This document shows, in pieces, positions 39,606 through 52,735 of a stretch of 64,000 nt of DNA (within the stretch, counting starts at the first letter, position 1; each line of letters begins with the position of its first letter). Both the position numbers and the translations under genes were made by a program. Below the pieces are notes generated by a model. It was not told the origin of the DNA and made no database searches. It worked only from the letters and a program-made list of their open reading frames with translations. The DNA is from Carcharhinus longimanus (taxonomy: Eukaryota). The stretch spans positions 39,374,116-39,438,115 of the forward strand of contig JASCQW010000027.1 of NCBI GenBank assembly GCA_030264375.1, read 5' to 3'.

Positions 39606-39860
39606 TCTCAGGCATCAGACTACTCTAGTTGGAATGGTACGGTAGTCATTGATAATGCAGGCGTTCACAACAGCAGCGTGGCCATTACTTGCCTGGGAGA
39701 ACATAGGCAGCCAGCACATCCACCTCATGTGGATCATGGTTGCTTGCCAGAAGAAAGTGCATCACCAGCAAAATGGATGATTCATTCTAATGGAATACTC
39801 TCACCATTGAGAAATGTTCCAAATTCTGAATACACTGAAACACTTCAACTCATAGATTCA
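39606..39860 (+). CDS. MYB: c-Myb exon 9 (SQASDYSSW...HGCLPEESASPAKW...EYTETLQLIDS)
   Basis: long pyrimidine tract plus cag acceptor; gtgagt donor; 255 nt; LPEESASP motif. Confidence 0.95.
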
Positions 39861-40674
39861 GTGAGTGACTTTATCAGTTTTGGGGTCTTTGGTTAAAGTC
39901 AGATGTGCATAGCTCATGTTTTTACATAGGATTGCACCTTAAGTGTGGGATTTGAAATTATGGATAATAGATTAGTCAGTGTCACAGGTTTTAAAAAAAT
40001 AGCATTATCAAAATATTTAATTGCTACACTTAATTACTTTATTTGTTAACCTTTAAATACTAACATGGTACATGATGTGAAATTCAAGGTAACAGTGACA
40101 TAAAAGCAAAATTTCTGTGTATGAAAAGTTCATCGTTACAGTTTTCAACATCAATGGGGTTGTAAAACAGGCATTATTAGACTGACTGCTCCTTATATAC
40201 CTCACTGGAAAGGAGAATTGGGTGAGGTGTAGAATAGGCAGCTGATTAGACATCGCTCATTTTGCAACTCTGTCAAAGTTGCATGTTCAACCTTATTAGT
40301 TTGCTTTTTCAGTATCGTGAATCGAGTTGCACTGTTAAACCTTAAAATAAGTTTGATTTGGGGGGGGAAATGTACATAAGCCTTTAATTAATTTTAATAC
40401 ATTCACAGTCAATAGGTAAGATTAGCAGAGGCCAAACTGATTTGGGAAAACAAGTTTATATACAATGCATTGCATTTACGTAGCCTGTATAGATCTTACT
40501 GTGAAAATCTTGGAGGAAGAATTTAAACATTGTTTTTAAGACTGACTTAAGTACAAGTAGTTGAAAAAAGGGTATTCCCAGCAAACATTACCTTGCCTTT
40601 GAAAGCTATAGCATTTAGTTACCCAGGTGGCACTGTTCGCCGTTTATAGCTTCGTGCCTCCCAAATTGTTTCAG

Positions 40675-41037
40675 GATCCATCTACTTGGGGTGATATCAA
40701 CAGTTTCGACTTCCTTGAAGGGGAAGACAACACACCTAGCAAAAATGTTACAGCCAAAATCATGCAGCTTCAGCACAAAGAGAGCAGCGTTTGCCAGTGT
40801 GAAGGACTTACTAACACAAGCCTAAGCAAAAGCATGGTGTGCCAGGGCTCCCCTGCTTCGCTCAGCTCACTCTCTCCTTCAAAGTTCAGCACTCCGTCAA
40901 CTATCCTTCGCCGCAAAAAGAGAGGGCAGCCTAACCAATCAACTAGTAGTGATAGTAATTGCTCCACATTAGCTGACTTCAGCTGCTCTACTCCTAAGCG
41001 TACCCATGTCAAAGGTCTACCCTTCTCTCCCTCGCAG
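40675..41037 (+). CDS. MYB: c-Myb optional exon 9B (9A in mouse/chicken naming), 121 aa (DPSTWGD...KGLPFSPSQ)
   Basis: 363 nt, phase 0/0; ends in LPFSPSQ like the p89 alternative exon. Confidence 0.92.
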
Positions 41038-42257
41038 GTATATGAATAGTAATCAACAGATATTACTAATACTGCAACAGACATGAAATGGTTAACAATT
41101 TAGAAACTAATTCTATGGAACAAATGACTAATCAGTTTTGTATTCACTGATTTGACTATGTATTTTTAACCCACTCACTACTGTCCCTCTGACCACTCTC
41201 TCAGATCAGCACAATGCTAATTAGTTATGCTTTCATTTTTGTGCATTAAAATGCCAACATTTTTCATTGAGTTCTCTAGAACATGATTGGCTTCTCTTTT
41301 ACATTTTGTATTCAGTTTAGTCAAAAGTTGTGTTTCCTGTAACCAAAGCTTGGCCTGTTTTTCTCATTTCCCAAGTACAAAGGTTTCCTATGTTGCAAAT
41401 TCAACACAATTTTTTTTGCATCTTGATGCATTTAACTTGTGTCCTTTTAGCTGAATTATTCTAAGACTGCAATTTTAAATGCTATTATTGAGCTTATTAA
41501 AAAGTAAGGCATGATCACTCAGCTTGCCATTAAAGTTATCGGGATCGGCTATTGGATGCAAAATTTCTGCCTGTCGTAAATATGACCAACAATGTAAGGG
41601 GATGTGTTTACTTTGAGCTTATTGCATTCCTACTCCCTGGAACTTCATTAGAACTCAGCGCATGTCAGGTGGGATAGGTCTGGTGAGAGTATTAGCTGAG
41701 CAATGGGCTGATGTGGGGAGGGTCTAGGGATGTAGACTGAGATCAGGCTGTATCTGTAAGATTTAGGTACAGTTATTTTTAATTTCTAACTAGGCCCCTT
41801 TGTAAATTAGATAACTTCATGACACCCCAGAAAAGTTGTCACAATCAGTATCAGAAGTTCCACTGAACAATGCAAACAAAGATATAGTATCTCTTGCTGA
41901 TCTGTGGATTTTCAGGGCCTATGTTTTCCTCTTTGTTTTAACATAAGGATAACAGATGTTTAAAAGTGAAATGCTTCCAAATTTAAATTCTGAAATTTTA
42001 CATTTCATTAGTATCATCCTGTTACAACCTTTTATTAAAACTCCTGAAAGTCACATTATGAAGTTACTGGAAACAGAACTTTTTTCTCTTAGGTATCATG
42101 TTGTGTTCTGTGATTGCACCTATTAGTAATTTTAATTGTTTGAAAATCATTTCTGTTAGAGGTTAACTTTTTTTTAGCCCTGGCCTCTGCAGATGATACT
42201 TTACACTTCAGTTTTTGGTTGCATTCAGTTCAATCTAATGGCTCTTTTCCTTTTCAG

Positions 42258-42397
42258 TTTTTAAATACATCCACAAATGACCACTTAGAAATGGAATCTC
42301 CTGCATTAACTTCTACTCCAGTGTGCAATCAAAAGATTGTTGTAACAACTCCACTACATCGTGACCAAACACCTAAGCCTCAAAAAGAAAATGATGC
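42258..42397 (+). CDS. MYB: c-Myb exon 10 (FLNTS...[16 protein letters not shown])
   Basis: ttttcag acceptor; gc|gtcagt phase-2 donor matches the phase of exon 11. Confidence 0.9.
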
Positions 42398-42699
42398 GTC
42401 AGTATGCTTCTGCTTCTTGTCAGTTTTTGTTTGCTTTCTCATAGCATTAATTAATAAAGAAAGCATCTATGAGGATTTGTCTTCTTTGTGATAGTTTTGT
42501 TGTGAATTCTGATATAGAATATATATCATTTGTTCAGGAAATTGTCTTTTTGTCATAATTGAATGCAAGTGTTTTGTCTAAATATTTTGTTACCTGATTG
42601 ACAGTATTTTAAGAAAATAATGGCCAGTGCATAAAGAATTTATTTTATTATGTACTACAACTATGGCTTCCCACTAGACAGATTTACAACGTTATTACA

Positions 42700-44720
42700 T
42701 TTTTTACATTTGTTCATGGAATATGGGTGTTGCTTGCTGGCCAGTATTTATTGCAGTCCCTAATTGCCCGTAAGAAGGTGGTGGCCTTCTGGAACCGCTG
42801 TAGTCTCTCTGTTATAGGGACACCCACAGTGTTGTTATAAAATTTATTTATTAATGTCACAAATAGGCTTACATTAACACTGCAATGAAGTTACTATGGA
42901 AATCCCCCAGTCGCCACACTCCAGCACCTGTTCATGTAGGGTTAGGAAGGGAGTTTTGGGATTTTGCTCCAGCAACAGTGAGGTATGGCTATTTGGTTCC
43001 AGCTCAGGATTGTCTAGCTTGGAGGGCAACTTCCAGGATGGAGGGTTCCCATGCATCTGCTGCCCATGTCCTTTCTGATGATAATGGTTGCAGGTTTAGA
43101 AGCTGTTGCCCACAATTTTCCCAAAGAAATTCTAAGTCCACAATTTGTGTGAAAACTGGAATAGCTCCTGGCTTATTAGCAGGATTTTCAGATTGAATCT
43201 CCCACACTCAGAACGCTGAAGAGTGCCCTAGTTGGATTCCCTCTGAAAATCTGTGGGCGGGGCCTATTCCAGCTGTGGTGCTGAGCAGGTCACTGCGAAT
43301 GCGCTGATCTGTCAGCGCCGAGATCAGCGCAAGAGCAGTGATCCTGCACTGCTGGCCTCCTAGCCCGATTGTTGGCCAGCCCTGCAAACACCCATCGTTG
43401 CTCCTCAGTGCCCCCACTTCCCCTCTCCCTCCCTCCAATCGGTGGTCTCCTGGGCAAGCCCCAATGTCCCCAATCCATGGCCCGCTCTGATCACCGTCTT
43501 CCCTCCCTCTACCATGGATCCCATTGCAGAATGGCAGTGAGATCTCCACCCCCTCTGATTGCCTACCCCCCACCCCCGCCATAGGCACTGCCCCCTTCCG
43601 ACCCTGTCCCTTTGGCACTGCCTGATGCCTGGTGAGTTGTGCCAAGCTGCCCCTTGGGCATTCCCAGTTTGCCCTTTGGGCAGTGAGGGGACCAGACTGG
43701 CACTACTCAGGGTGCACCCCTCCCCCCGTACTCCTGACCTCCAGGAGGGAGCTTCCATGGCCTCTCTTCACTCCAGCAGGGTCAGCCACCTGTTCCCTCA
43801 TTAGCGGGGAGCAATTGCAAATCTCTGGAGTGAACCACTCCTGGTGGTGGGGTTGGCGGTGGTTTTGGAGGGGGGGGAGTTTGCTAGCGGACCAGGAGAC
43901 TTTATCCCAGGCCTGCTAATGATATGTAAGCGCCGATTATAATACTGAAATCAGCCCTGTGCCGATTTCCAGCACAGAGCTGATGACGCGGAAAAACTTT
44001 GCCAGAAAGACTGTGGTGTCCAGCAGGAAGCCCGCAATACATCCTCTGATGTCAGGGAGCCTTGGTAAGCTGCTGCTTTGCAGATCTTCAATGGTACACA
44101 TTGCTGCCCTATGAATTAGTTGTGGAGGGACTGAACATTTATTGTGGTTAATGGGGTGCCAATCAAGTGGGTTGCTTTGTCATGGATGGTGTTGAGCTTC
44201 TTGAGTTGTTGGAGCTGCACACATCCAAGCTAATGGAGATTATTCCATTACATGCCTGACTTATGCCTTGTATATTCCACTTCTCTTCCCAGACCTAATG
44301 GAAAGTAAACTTTTGTCCATTTCCATAGCTAGTAATTCCCAGAACAGGTTGCTAGTCTGTCCTCAGGCTTATAGCTCAAGGAGCATCACTCCACGTAAAG
44401 CATGCTGACCTGGAGTCTCTCCCATTCTTACCACCAGCCATTGGCACGTCGGAAGGATTTGTAGGTTGATACACTCAACCTGTTTGACCACGTTATGAAC
44501 GCATCTTCCGTGGCCATCAAGTCTAGGGGTGGGACTCAAACATGAAGTTTCTGGCTCAGAGGAAAGGACGCTAGATGGTGGACACATTATGTGGAGTCAG
44601 GAGGTGTGTTACTCTCTGTAGAATTCCTAGTTAAAGTATTCATATGGCTGATCCAGTTCAGTTTCTGGGCTAATCCAGGATGTTGATAGTGAGGGATTCA
44701 ACAGTGATAATGGTCTGTAA
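42700..44720 (-). mobile_element. LINE 3' portion (same family as 61080-63720) with nested inserts, including a GC-rich MITE-like element at ~43105-44040
   Basis: antisense SPLAWMCAAPTT motif; 44570-44715 similar to the reverse complement of 63590-63720. Confidence 0.65.
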
Positions 44721-44952
44721 GAGCCATAGTGTGACAGATGAGCACTTATTCAGAGTTTACACGTGAAGTACATGTCTCTTGATATTGTTTTTATGCACCT
44801 TAACAAGTCATGTTAAAATTAGCAGTTGAGGAGGACAAGGACTGAAAGATCTTGTGTGTTCATTTCGGCAATATAAGCAGGGAAGTTTAAAAGTGATATG
44901 TTGATGTTGAATTTTTAGAAAAATAGTAATCCAGCTGTTCTTGTTTAATCAG

Positions 44953-45067
44953 TTTCAGAACTCCAAATATCAGACGATCAATATTAGAAGGCTCACCGAG
45001 AACACCCACACCTTTTAAAAATGCACTAGCTGCCCAAGAAATCAAATATGGACCTTTGAAGATGCTG
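44953..45067 (+). CDS. MYB: c-Myb exon 11 (FRTPNIRRSILEGSPRTPTPFKNALAAQEIKYGPLKML)
   Basis: TPTPFK motif; AG/GT boundaries. Confidence 0.97.
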
Positions 45068-45166
45068 GTAAGAAAGTCTAGGTGATGGCTTAGCATTGTG
45101 TAAATATTAATTTGAAACTGATCGATAGAAAGATTTTGATAACATTTCATTTTCTTGCATTGTAAG

Positions 45167-45286
45167 ACACCGTCTCATCTTGCAGAAGAGACTCGAGACA
45201 TAATTAAACAAGAAGCCAATGAAACTACAATTATAAGTAGTCTTCATGAAAATGGGCAACCCCTTTTGAAGAAAATTAAGCAAGAA
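45167..45286 (+). CDS. MYB: c-Myb exon 12 (TPSHLAEETRDIIKQE...LLKKIKQE)
   Basis: two IKQE SUMO-consensus sites; aag acceptor; gtaagt donor. Confidence 0.9.
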
Positions 45287-45984
45287 GTAAGTTATTTCCT
45301 TTCTTTATAACAGGTCTCATCCACGCACAGAACTGGCAGAAAGTCTAGTGCTAGATTTAGGAGATTTCATTTTATTGAGAATACATATGCAAGCGATTAA
45401 AGAACCACCCCTTGCACTCTGATTCTTACTCCAACCTTGTTTCTATTCTTAGCTTATTGGAGGCAGTAAAGTCTGGAAATTTTATATTGTTATATATAAA
45501 TGCTTAACATTGCTCTATCAAGATTCTAACTTACTTTAATGAAGGTCTTAACCTGTTTATTTTAAATGGGTTAACAACTATTAAAATAGTCGGGAGAGGA
45601 ATTTAAAGCATATTGTACAATAATATCTCTCGTAATTCCCAGGTTATGTTTTTAAACCTCGATTACACCATGCATTCTTTATATCTGCAAGGTTAATAGT
45701 ACAACATTGATGCATTACTATATCAATATGCTTTTTTTAAAATAGTTTTGAAACTTTTATTCATGAAACTCTTGAATTCTTACAATTTATCAAGCAGGAT
45801 CTAAAACACAAAATGTTTAATGGTTTTAACCAAGTCTTTTTTAATTCTTCTTTTACTTGGATGTCTAGGTAAAAACAGGGATGGTACTAAAAATGTTTTT
45901 GAATATTGACTTTGTGCTGAACTTCGCTTTCTGCCAAAATAAGTAGACTTTCTAGCTCTAATTCTCCGGTTGTTCACACTGGCA

Positions 45985-46158
45985 GGATTCTCCAGTCCTA
46001 CTGGCAGTGCACCACCACCCCATGAGTTTTGTGGCAGCATGGAGTGACATCAATGGGAAATCCATTGACAGTGGCAGGACCAGAGAATCCTGTCACTGGC
46101 TAACAGTGCACTGCCTTCCACTGCTGGGAAATCCACGGCTGGGAATCTGGAGAATCCC
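45985..46158. mobile_element. short MITE-like element
   Basis: terminal inverted repeats GGATTCTCCAG...CTGGAGAATCC. Confidence 0.55.
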
Positions 46159-46259
46159 TCCCTCCATTTGGCTGTTTTGGTCCATTGTAAAACTGACATT
46201 GCCTAATGGATCATCTTGTTTGTATGTCAAGAAGGCCTTCATTCAGAGAATGAGGATCA

Positions 46260-47440
46260 TTGAATAGAATTGCATGTAATGTATGGCACAGAAACACGCC
46301 ATTTGGCTGAACCAGTCGATGCCAGATTTTATGCTCCACTTGAGCCTCCTCCCGTCTCTACTCATCTAAATCTATCATCATAGCCCTTTACTCTCTTATC
46401 CCTCAATGTTTGCCTCACTTCCTCTTAAATGCATTTATACTATTCACTTACCTTTTTATTTTTTTATGGGATGTGAATGTTGCTGGCAAAGCCAACACTT
46501 TGTTGCCCATCCCCAATTGCCCTTGAGAAAATAACCACTTGCTATGGCAGTGAATTCCTCATTCTCCACACTCTTTGGGTAAAGAAGTTGATACTGCACT
46601 CCTCATTGGATTCTTTGTGATTATCTTATATTGATGGCCAGTAGTTAAGCTTGTCCCCACAAGATGAAACATTCTCTCTGTATCTATGCTATCCAAATCC
46701 TTCATAAAGACCTTATAATCAACTTTCATTTTCAGACCCAGCCTGTAAAGCTTTACAGGTGTTTATGCTCACATGTTTCTGATATCATCCATGTAAATCT
46801 TCTCTACAGCCTCTCCATTGAATCCTCATCCTTTTTACAGTATGGCTACCAGAATTGTATACTTGGTGTGGTCTAACAAAGATTTTTTATGTACACTCAA
46901 GGAATGTGCATTTCACTGATTAGGCCAGCACTTATTGCCCATTCCTAATTGCCCTTGAGAAGGAGTTGTGAACATAGTGGTGGTCCCAGTACTTACCTTT
47001 ATAGAATACCACTTCCAACCTTCTGCTACTCTGAATAACTTTCCTTTATTCTCAGTCTGTTTTCTGTCTTGAAGCCAGTTAGCAATCCATTCTGTCACTT
47101 GTCTCCTGACTCCACATCCTCTGATCTTACTCATTAGCTTACGAGTTAACTTATCAAAAGCTTTTTGAAAAGACTGATGAATTACATCTACCACTTTGGT
47201 AGGAATAATGGTAGGAAGGATTATTACTTACGTGGAGAAAAACTGCAGCAGGCGACGGTGCAGAGGGNNNNNNNNNNNNNNNNNNNNNNNNNNNNNNNNN
47301 NNNNNNNNNNNNNNNNNNNNNNNNNNNNNNNNNNNNNNNNNNNNNNNNNNNNNNNNNNNNNNNNNNNTGATCTTATTGAATGGCGGGGCAGGCTCGAAGG
47401 GCTAGTTGGCCTACTCCTGCTCCTATTTCTTATGTTCTTA
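46260..47440. mobile_element. CR1-like fragments in both orientations
   Basis: VDVIHQSFQKAFDKL on the minus strand; CR1 3' end on the plus strand. Confidence 0.65.
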
Positions 47441-47548
47441 TTACATTGTCTACTCTCTCTGTTATATCCAGATAATTAAATACTGTTTCTTGGTATTTCA
47501 GATGTTTTGCCTGATATTCCAGCAGTGTAATCATTATATTTATTTCAG

Positions 47549-47656
47549 GTGGAATCTCCTGATAAGAAAATGAGAAAGTTCCTTACATTGGCACCATGGG
47601 AAAGGGAACACTTGCATTCTCAGCTTTTCTCACAGGGTCCTTTGGAAGAAGTGCCA
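47549..47656 (+). CDS. MYB: c-Myb exon 13 (VESPDKKMRK...GPLEEVP)
   Basis: completes the EVES motif across the junction; 108 nt. Confidence 0.92.
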
Positions 47657-47749
47657 GTACGTATGCTAAACCTTTCTACACTGTGCTCTCTTTCAACCAT
47701 TTCAGTTAATAAGATAGCAGTTCATGTTCAAATACAATGCATTGTCAGC

Positions 47750-48165
47750 TGTTGTGGAGAGATGGTGGTGTAATGGTAATATCATTGAACTAATAAACCA
47801 AAAGCCCAGGCTAATCCCCTGGGGCACGGTTTCAAATTCATGGCAGAAATTGGTGGAATTTGCATTCAATTGATGAATAAATTCAATTGGTTCTTAAAAA
47901 TATGGAATTAGAAGCTAATCTCAGCTATGGTGACCATTAAACTATCATTGATTTTCAGAAAATTCATCTCATTGATTAATATATTTTAGGGAAGGAAATC
48001 TGCCATCCTTACCTGGCCTTCGTATGACTTCAGACTCATAGCAATGTGGTTAACTTTTAATCACCTTCTGAAATGGCCTAGCAATCCATCAGTTCAAGGG
48101 CAATTAGAGATAGGCAACATATGCTCGTCTTGCTAGCAACACCCATGTCCCAAAGAAGATTTTTT
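47750..48165 (+). mobile_element. Deu-domain-like SINE
   Basis: tRNA-like head, Deu-like core and LINE-like tail. Confidence 0.7.
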
Positions 48166-49595
48166 TAAAAATGAGGAATGGATTGTATCATCTTGTGTTG
48201 TTGAAAATAATTCCAAAACTCCATCACTGAAGACCATCTTGGTGAACAAATTCTGAGTTCTGCAAAATGATTGTACCCTGCTTCCTTATAAGAATACTTC
48301 TACTGTGAACACATCCTAACTGCTCAATGTTACACTAGTGAGCTGTGGCAGGGAGATAGCATTTGTAGCTCACTGGCCAAACAGTAATGAAGCCCAGCCT
48401 CTAAAATGGACTGGCCACCTAACAACACTAACATTCAGTAAATGGGCATGCTCCACCTGGTAGTGACAATCTACCTGTAGGGTTCTTTCTACTCTGATAT
48501 TAGATGACCCTGAATACAGGATATGAAGATATAAGGAAAATGTTTTTGTTTTCTTTAAGTCTGACTTCACACACAAGGCTCTGCAGGGACCACATGTACC
48601 AAAAACACAATGTGCAGTTGGTGTCCTACCATGCAAGGAACATTATGTTTGTGAATGCTTTCTATCCTCATTTTCAACCTGTGCCGGCAGCTTTTCCTGC
48701 CATTCTCAGGCTACCACTATGAACGAGAGGCTTCTTGATGATGAGGGTCACCCAATAAACAGATGGCTCATGACTTCCCTCTGTGCTTTGAACACAAATG
48801 CACAGGGCATATATGATGAGAATCATGCTGCCACCAGGAAGGCTTTGTAGAAAGCATCGCTGTTCTAGAACAATGGTTCTGTTATTTGGACCACTTGAAA
48901 GCAGCAATTTTTGCTGAAGTGTGTCTCCAAATTTTTGGTTACCTGTTGTATGCTATACAATCTGACTCACCAGGGTGCAGTTCTTGCCATTAGGCCTTGC
49001 AAGAAGGAGCTGGATGGGAGGAAGCATTTGAGACTCCATCACTGAATGGTTAATCCCAAAATTATCCAATTATCCCATCACCACTAATGCTCCACAATTT
49101 TCCACCTATCCATCCCTCCACTAGGGACAACCACAGCATTCTCTTGTTCAAAATCCTGAAATAAATGACAGCCCAAAAAATATTGAGTGACAACCATATC
49201 GAACATTATTCCAATAATACATACATAAGCTGCATCTTTGTACATTCTCTTAATATTAGTCTTGTGGATCTCTGTCTCACATTCATGTAGCCAAGGCAGT
49301 TTAAAGTCTAACTTTCTGACTTGGCTACAGCAAGTATTGAGCTGGAGAAAACTTTCAAGGGCAAGTTTTAATTGAATACCAGATATTTTGTGATAAAAGA
49401 GGAAATGAAGATTAAAATTACACTGGATAGCTTTCATGAACATCCATATGCGAGGAGAGGTCTGGAAGTAGATCAGCTGGCAATCATCACACAAGTTGAT
49501 AAAACATACCGAAGAAAGATAGAGGAAGGGAAAGAAATTACCCTTTTAAAAAAGTATAAAATGGAAATTGATTTTGATCATATGCTTCATTCTAG

Positions 49596-49712
49596 ATGCC
49601 AAATCTCCTGACTAGTTCTGTATTAATGATGCCTGTATCAGAGAAGACTGATGATTTTCTTAACAAAGCATTTGCAGTACAAATGAGCAAGCAAATGGGC
49701 AGTCCCTTGCAG
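49596..49712 (+). CDS. MYB: c-Myb exon 14 (MPNLLTSSVLMMP...GSPLQ)
   Basis: LTSSVLM motif; tag acceptor and gtgtgt donor; 117 nt. Confidence 0.9.
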
Positions 49713-51379
49713 GTGTGTATAAAATGTCATGAACAAAGATTAAGCTACAAAACCGAGTTTTGCAACCTTACAGCATGTAATTTGCTAGTATTCTGATTCA
49801 GTGTGTAATATTGTACACAATACGTGTAAAATTCAAATTTATCAGAGGCAACAAACTGGTGTTAATGGATTGTCTACACCTTACCAGACTTTTCCATTGA
49901 ATTCAGTGGATGGGGTGTACAATAGGCAGCCACGTTGTTGCCCTGCAGAAGTTGAATTTCATCTCATCATCTTATGCAGTTTAATTGCATTTAATCAATG
50001 TGAATGTAATAAATAATTATAATTTATCTGAATTGATCTATATAATTTATCTAACTATAGTTTATCTGAATTTATCATGTTGTAAGCACAAAGTTATAGT
50101 TTTTATATCGCATAAGTTTGCAAAGTTTACATTCACTTTAAAACATTTTTACATTTTTATAAATCAGAAATATATGTTATGCATTTAAAACCAGCATTCA
50201 GAACATAAAATTGTTGTAGTTACATATCCTGGGGTACTTGTCCACGGTGGTAATTCTATTTTTTATTTTTCTAGCAACCAAAATGTTTGTTTATAATTTT
50301 TGCGGTGTGCAGTTTTAAGATTTTACAAGTAACTGGTTAAAACAGGAGGGTGGTGGCAAGTCTTTGACATTGTTATATTGAGGCATTATTTTCCTTTCTG
50401 TTTGTTTAATTAATGTTTTTGGAAAATAATAAAAACAAAATTTAGAATTACATTTGCCAAGAATCCAGTGTACATTTAGGTTTTTTTAATGCTGCTTGTG
50501 TGATTATTAAAGTAATTGAATTACTGAAGAACGTCAGATTTTTCCCTGCAGGTACTAATTAACAGCATCACATTCTTATAGCTAAAGAATTACATGGTAC
50601 AACATTAGGCTCACTAAATGCTNNNNNNNNNNAGTCCTAAATTTTCTATTGTTTAAATGCTAAAATGTGAGAAGCTCGTGCTTTGAATTTTCATTCATCG
50701 AAGCCTGAAATTAAATCTAACTATATTTAACAGAAAACAAATTGCATGTTGCCTGGACTGGATTCAATCCCAAGACCCAGAGATTTTTCATAAACACTTC
50801 CAACCCACTATACTAACTATTTCATCAAAATTTGTTTCATTATTCAATTAGTCCCTATAGAATTCCAAAATTTAATCTTTTCTGGGATGGGGAAAGTTTG
50901 ATGGTGTAATTATTGTGTACATTCTGTACTTGAATGTGAAATACTGGCAGCTGGACTCGTGTAATATATTTTCAGGTATCCCAGCTGGATTTGAGAAGTC
51001 CCTGGACCTGGAACCCTGGTTAGCTGAAACTCAGTTCCAGCACTCCATACGGCCAGTAAGAGATTCATAATAGGAACAATTAGATATTTAATTGTTCTTT
51101 TCATTTAATTGCATCTATATTTTCCTTTTTTGTTAAATGTGAATTGTTTTAGTGAAAATGAAGTAAATACTTTGAGGTGGCATTATTTATCACAATATAC
51201 TTACTTGCAGAATTAGAAAGGTTTAATGAAAAATGTAGGTAACTACAATGGGATAAATTTAACTTTTCCCTATATCTGCTAGTTGGCCATAGTGGAGTCT
51301 TGAACTCCAGGTTTTAGGCAGAGGATTTAATTGTTCAGTTTTCAAACTGAGATATAATTTCTGCTGTCTTTTTTTGCAG

Positions 51380-51493
51380 TTTGCTAATACCTGGGAGGCT
51401 GTGGCTTGTGGGAAAACAGAAGATCAACTAATTGTAACTGAACAAGCGCGCAAATACATGAACACATTTTCTACCAGAACATTAGTAATGTAA
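51380..51493 (+). CDS. MYB: c-Myb exon 15, terminal coding part (FANTWEAVACGKTEDQ...RTLVM*)
   Basis: C-terminal RTLVM is typical of c-Myb rather than A- or B-Myb; TAA at 51491-51493. Confidence 0.97.
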   Translation, partial: FANTWEAVACGKTEDQLIVTEQARKYMNTFSTRTLVM

Positions 51494-52735
51494 TCTTTTC
51501 CATCTAAGCATTAAGAAGTTTTGAAACACATACTGTTGAGTGATGATCAGCATTTCTTCTTATGAAGTTTCCATTGATGGATGTAGAGTAATGTTGTATT
51601 ACAATAATTCAAAATGGCACAAATTTCATTCTTCACTAAGCACGTTTCTGTTGTTTGTCAAACTAGAGAGGTTTAATGTCACCAGCCAAAAAGACAAGTA
51701 TCACAGTTACCTACATTACAAGATGCTTGAGGTTACAACAATTACTCCTTGTATTTAAAAAAGGATTGAATAAATATTTTCAGTTGTGGGCAGCAGACTA
51801 GAACATATCAGTATTTCTTTTGTATTGGGTGGCGGAAAAGCAATTAGTCTTTGGAAGTACTTCAGGACTAATGTAATTTAAACATGTAAGTTAATAAATT
51901 AAATGAAATGCACTGTTGACAAAATAGAGGTATAGCATTACTACAAACCAAATTAGATTTTTTAAAAATCAAGCTTTCAAAGACATAAAATTGACAGGGT
52001 TTGAAGTATTGTTTTTGTTTGTTTTTTTGGGCCTTGTTTTAAGCCATATATATATTATATATACATACATATATATAATATGTATGTGCATGTATGTTTT
52101 TGTGTGTAGCTTGGATAATACTGATACTGTATGTAAAAAAAACAAAAAGTTTTATGTATGAAAAATGTATATTTTATCCAGTAAGTTAATTTTGTAAATG
52201 CCAAATGGATAATGTGTTGTGCTGCTAAAGACTTTAGCATGTAGACATGCTGCATGAAATGGGCAGCAGAGTTATCAGAGAAAATGGTGTTAGCTGATCA
52301 ACAATGCACTGGTAGCTAGAATTTTTTTAAACCTAGCATTTACAAATACAAACCTTTGGGAAGTAAAATGTTTTGTCTTGTTGTGACAAAATGAATATGA
52401 TGCACCTTTTGTATTTTGGGAGAACACTGATACATTCACTAATTTTTTTACTTTTGTCCCATTCATTTCATATTTAATTCAAGGCACTCTGGCCCAGATA
52501 TATTTTCAATTCATTGAACAACTCATGCAAGAAGTCTTGGTTTCAATCTGTTTGCTATATCAAGCGCCTCTGATATACATGTACTGAACACTTGATTTTA
52601 AAACAAAATAGTTGATTTTCAAAATGTACTACCTTAGTATCAGTTTGGTGCAATCACCTGCACCAACATTTCGATTACTATTGTATATCCACTGCCATGT
52701 ACAGAAAATAAAGTGTGTTTTTTACTTAAAACATT
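51494..52735 (+). other. MYB: MYB 3' UTR
   Basis: AT-rich, no recognisable TE, multiple miRNA seed matches, ends near AATAAA. Confidence 0.8.
52707..52712 (+). terminator. probable polyadenylation signal
   Basis: AATAAA with upstream TGTA motifs and a downstream U/GU-rich tract. Confidence 0.7.
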
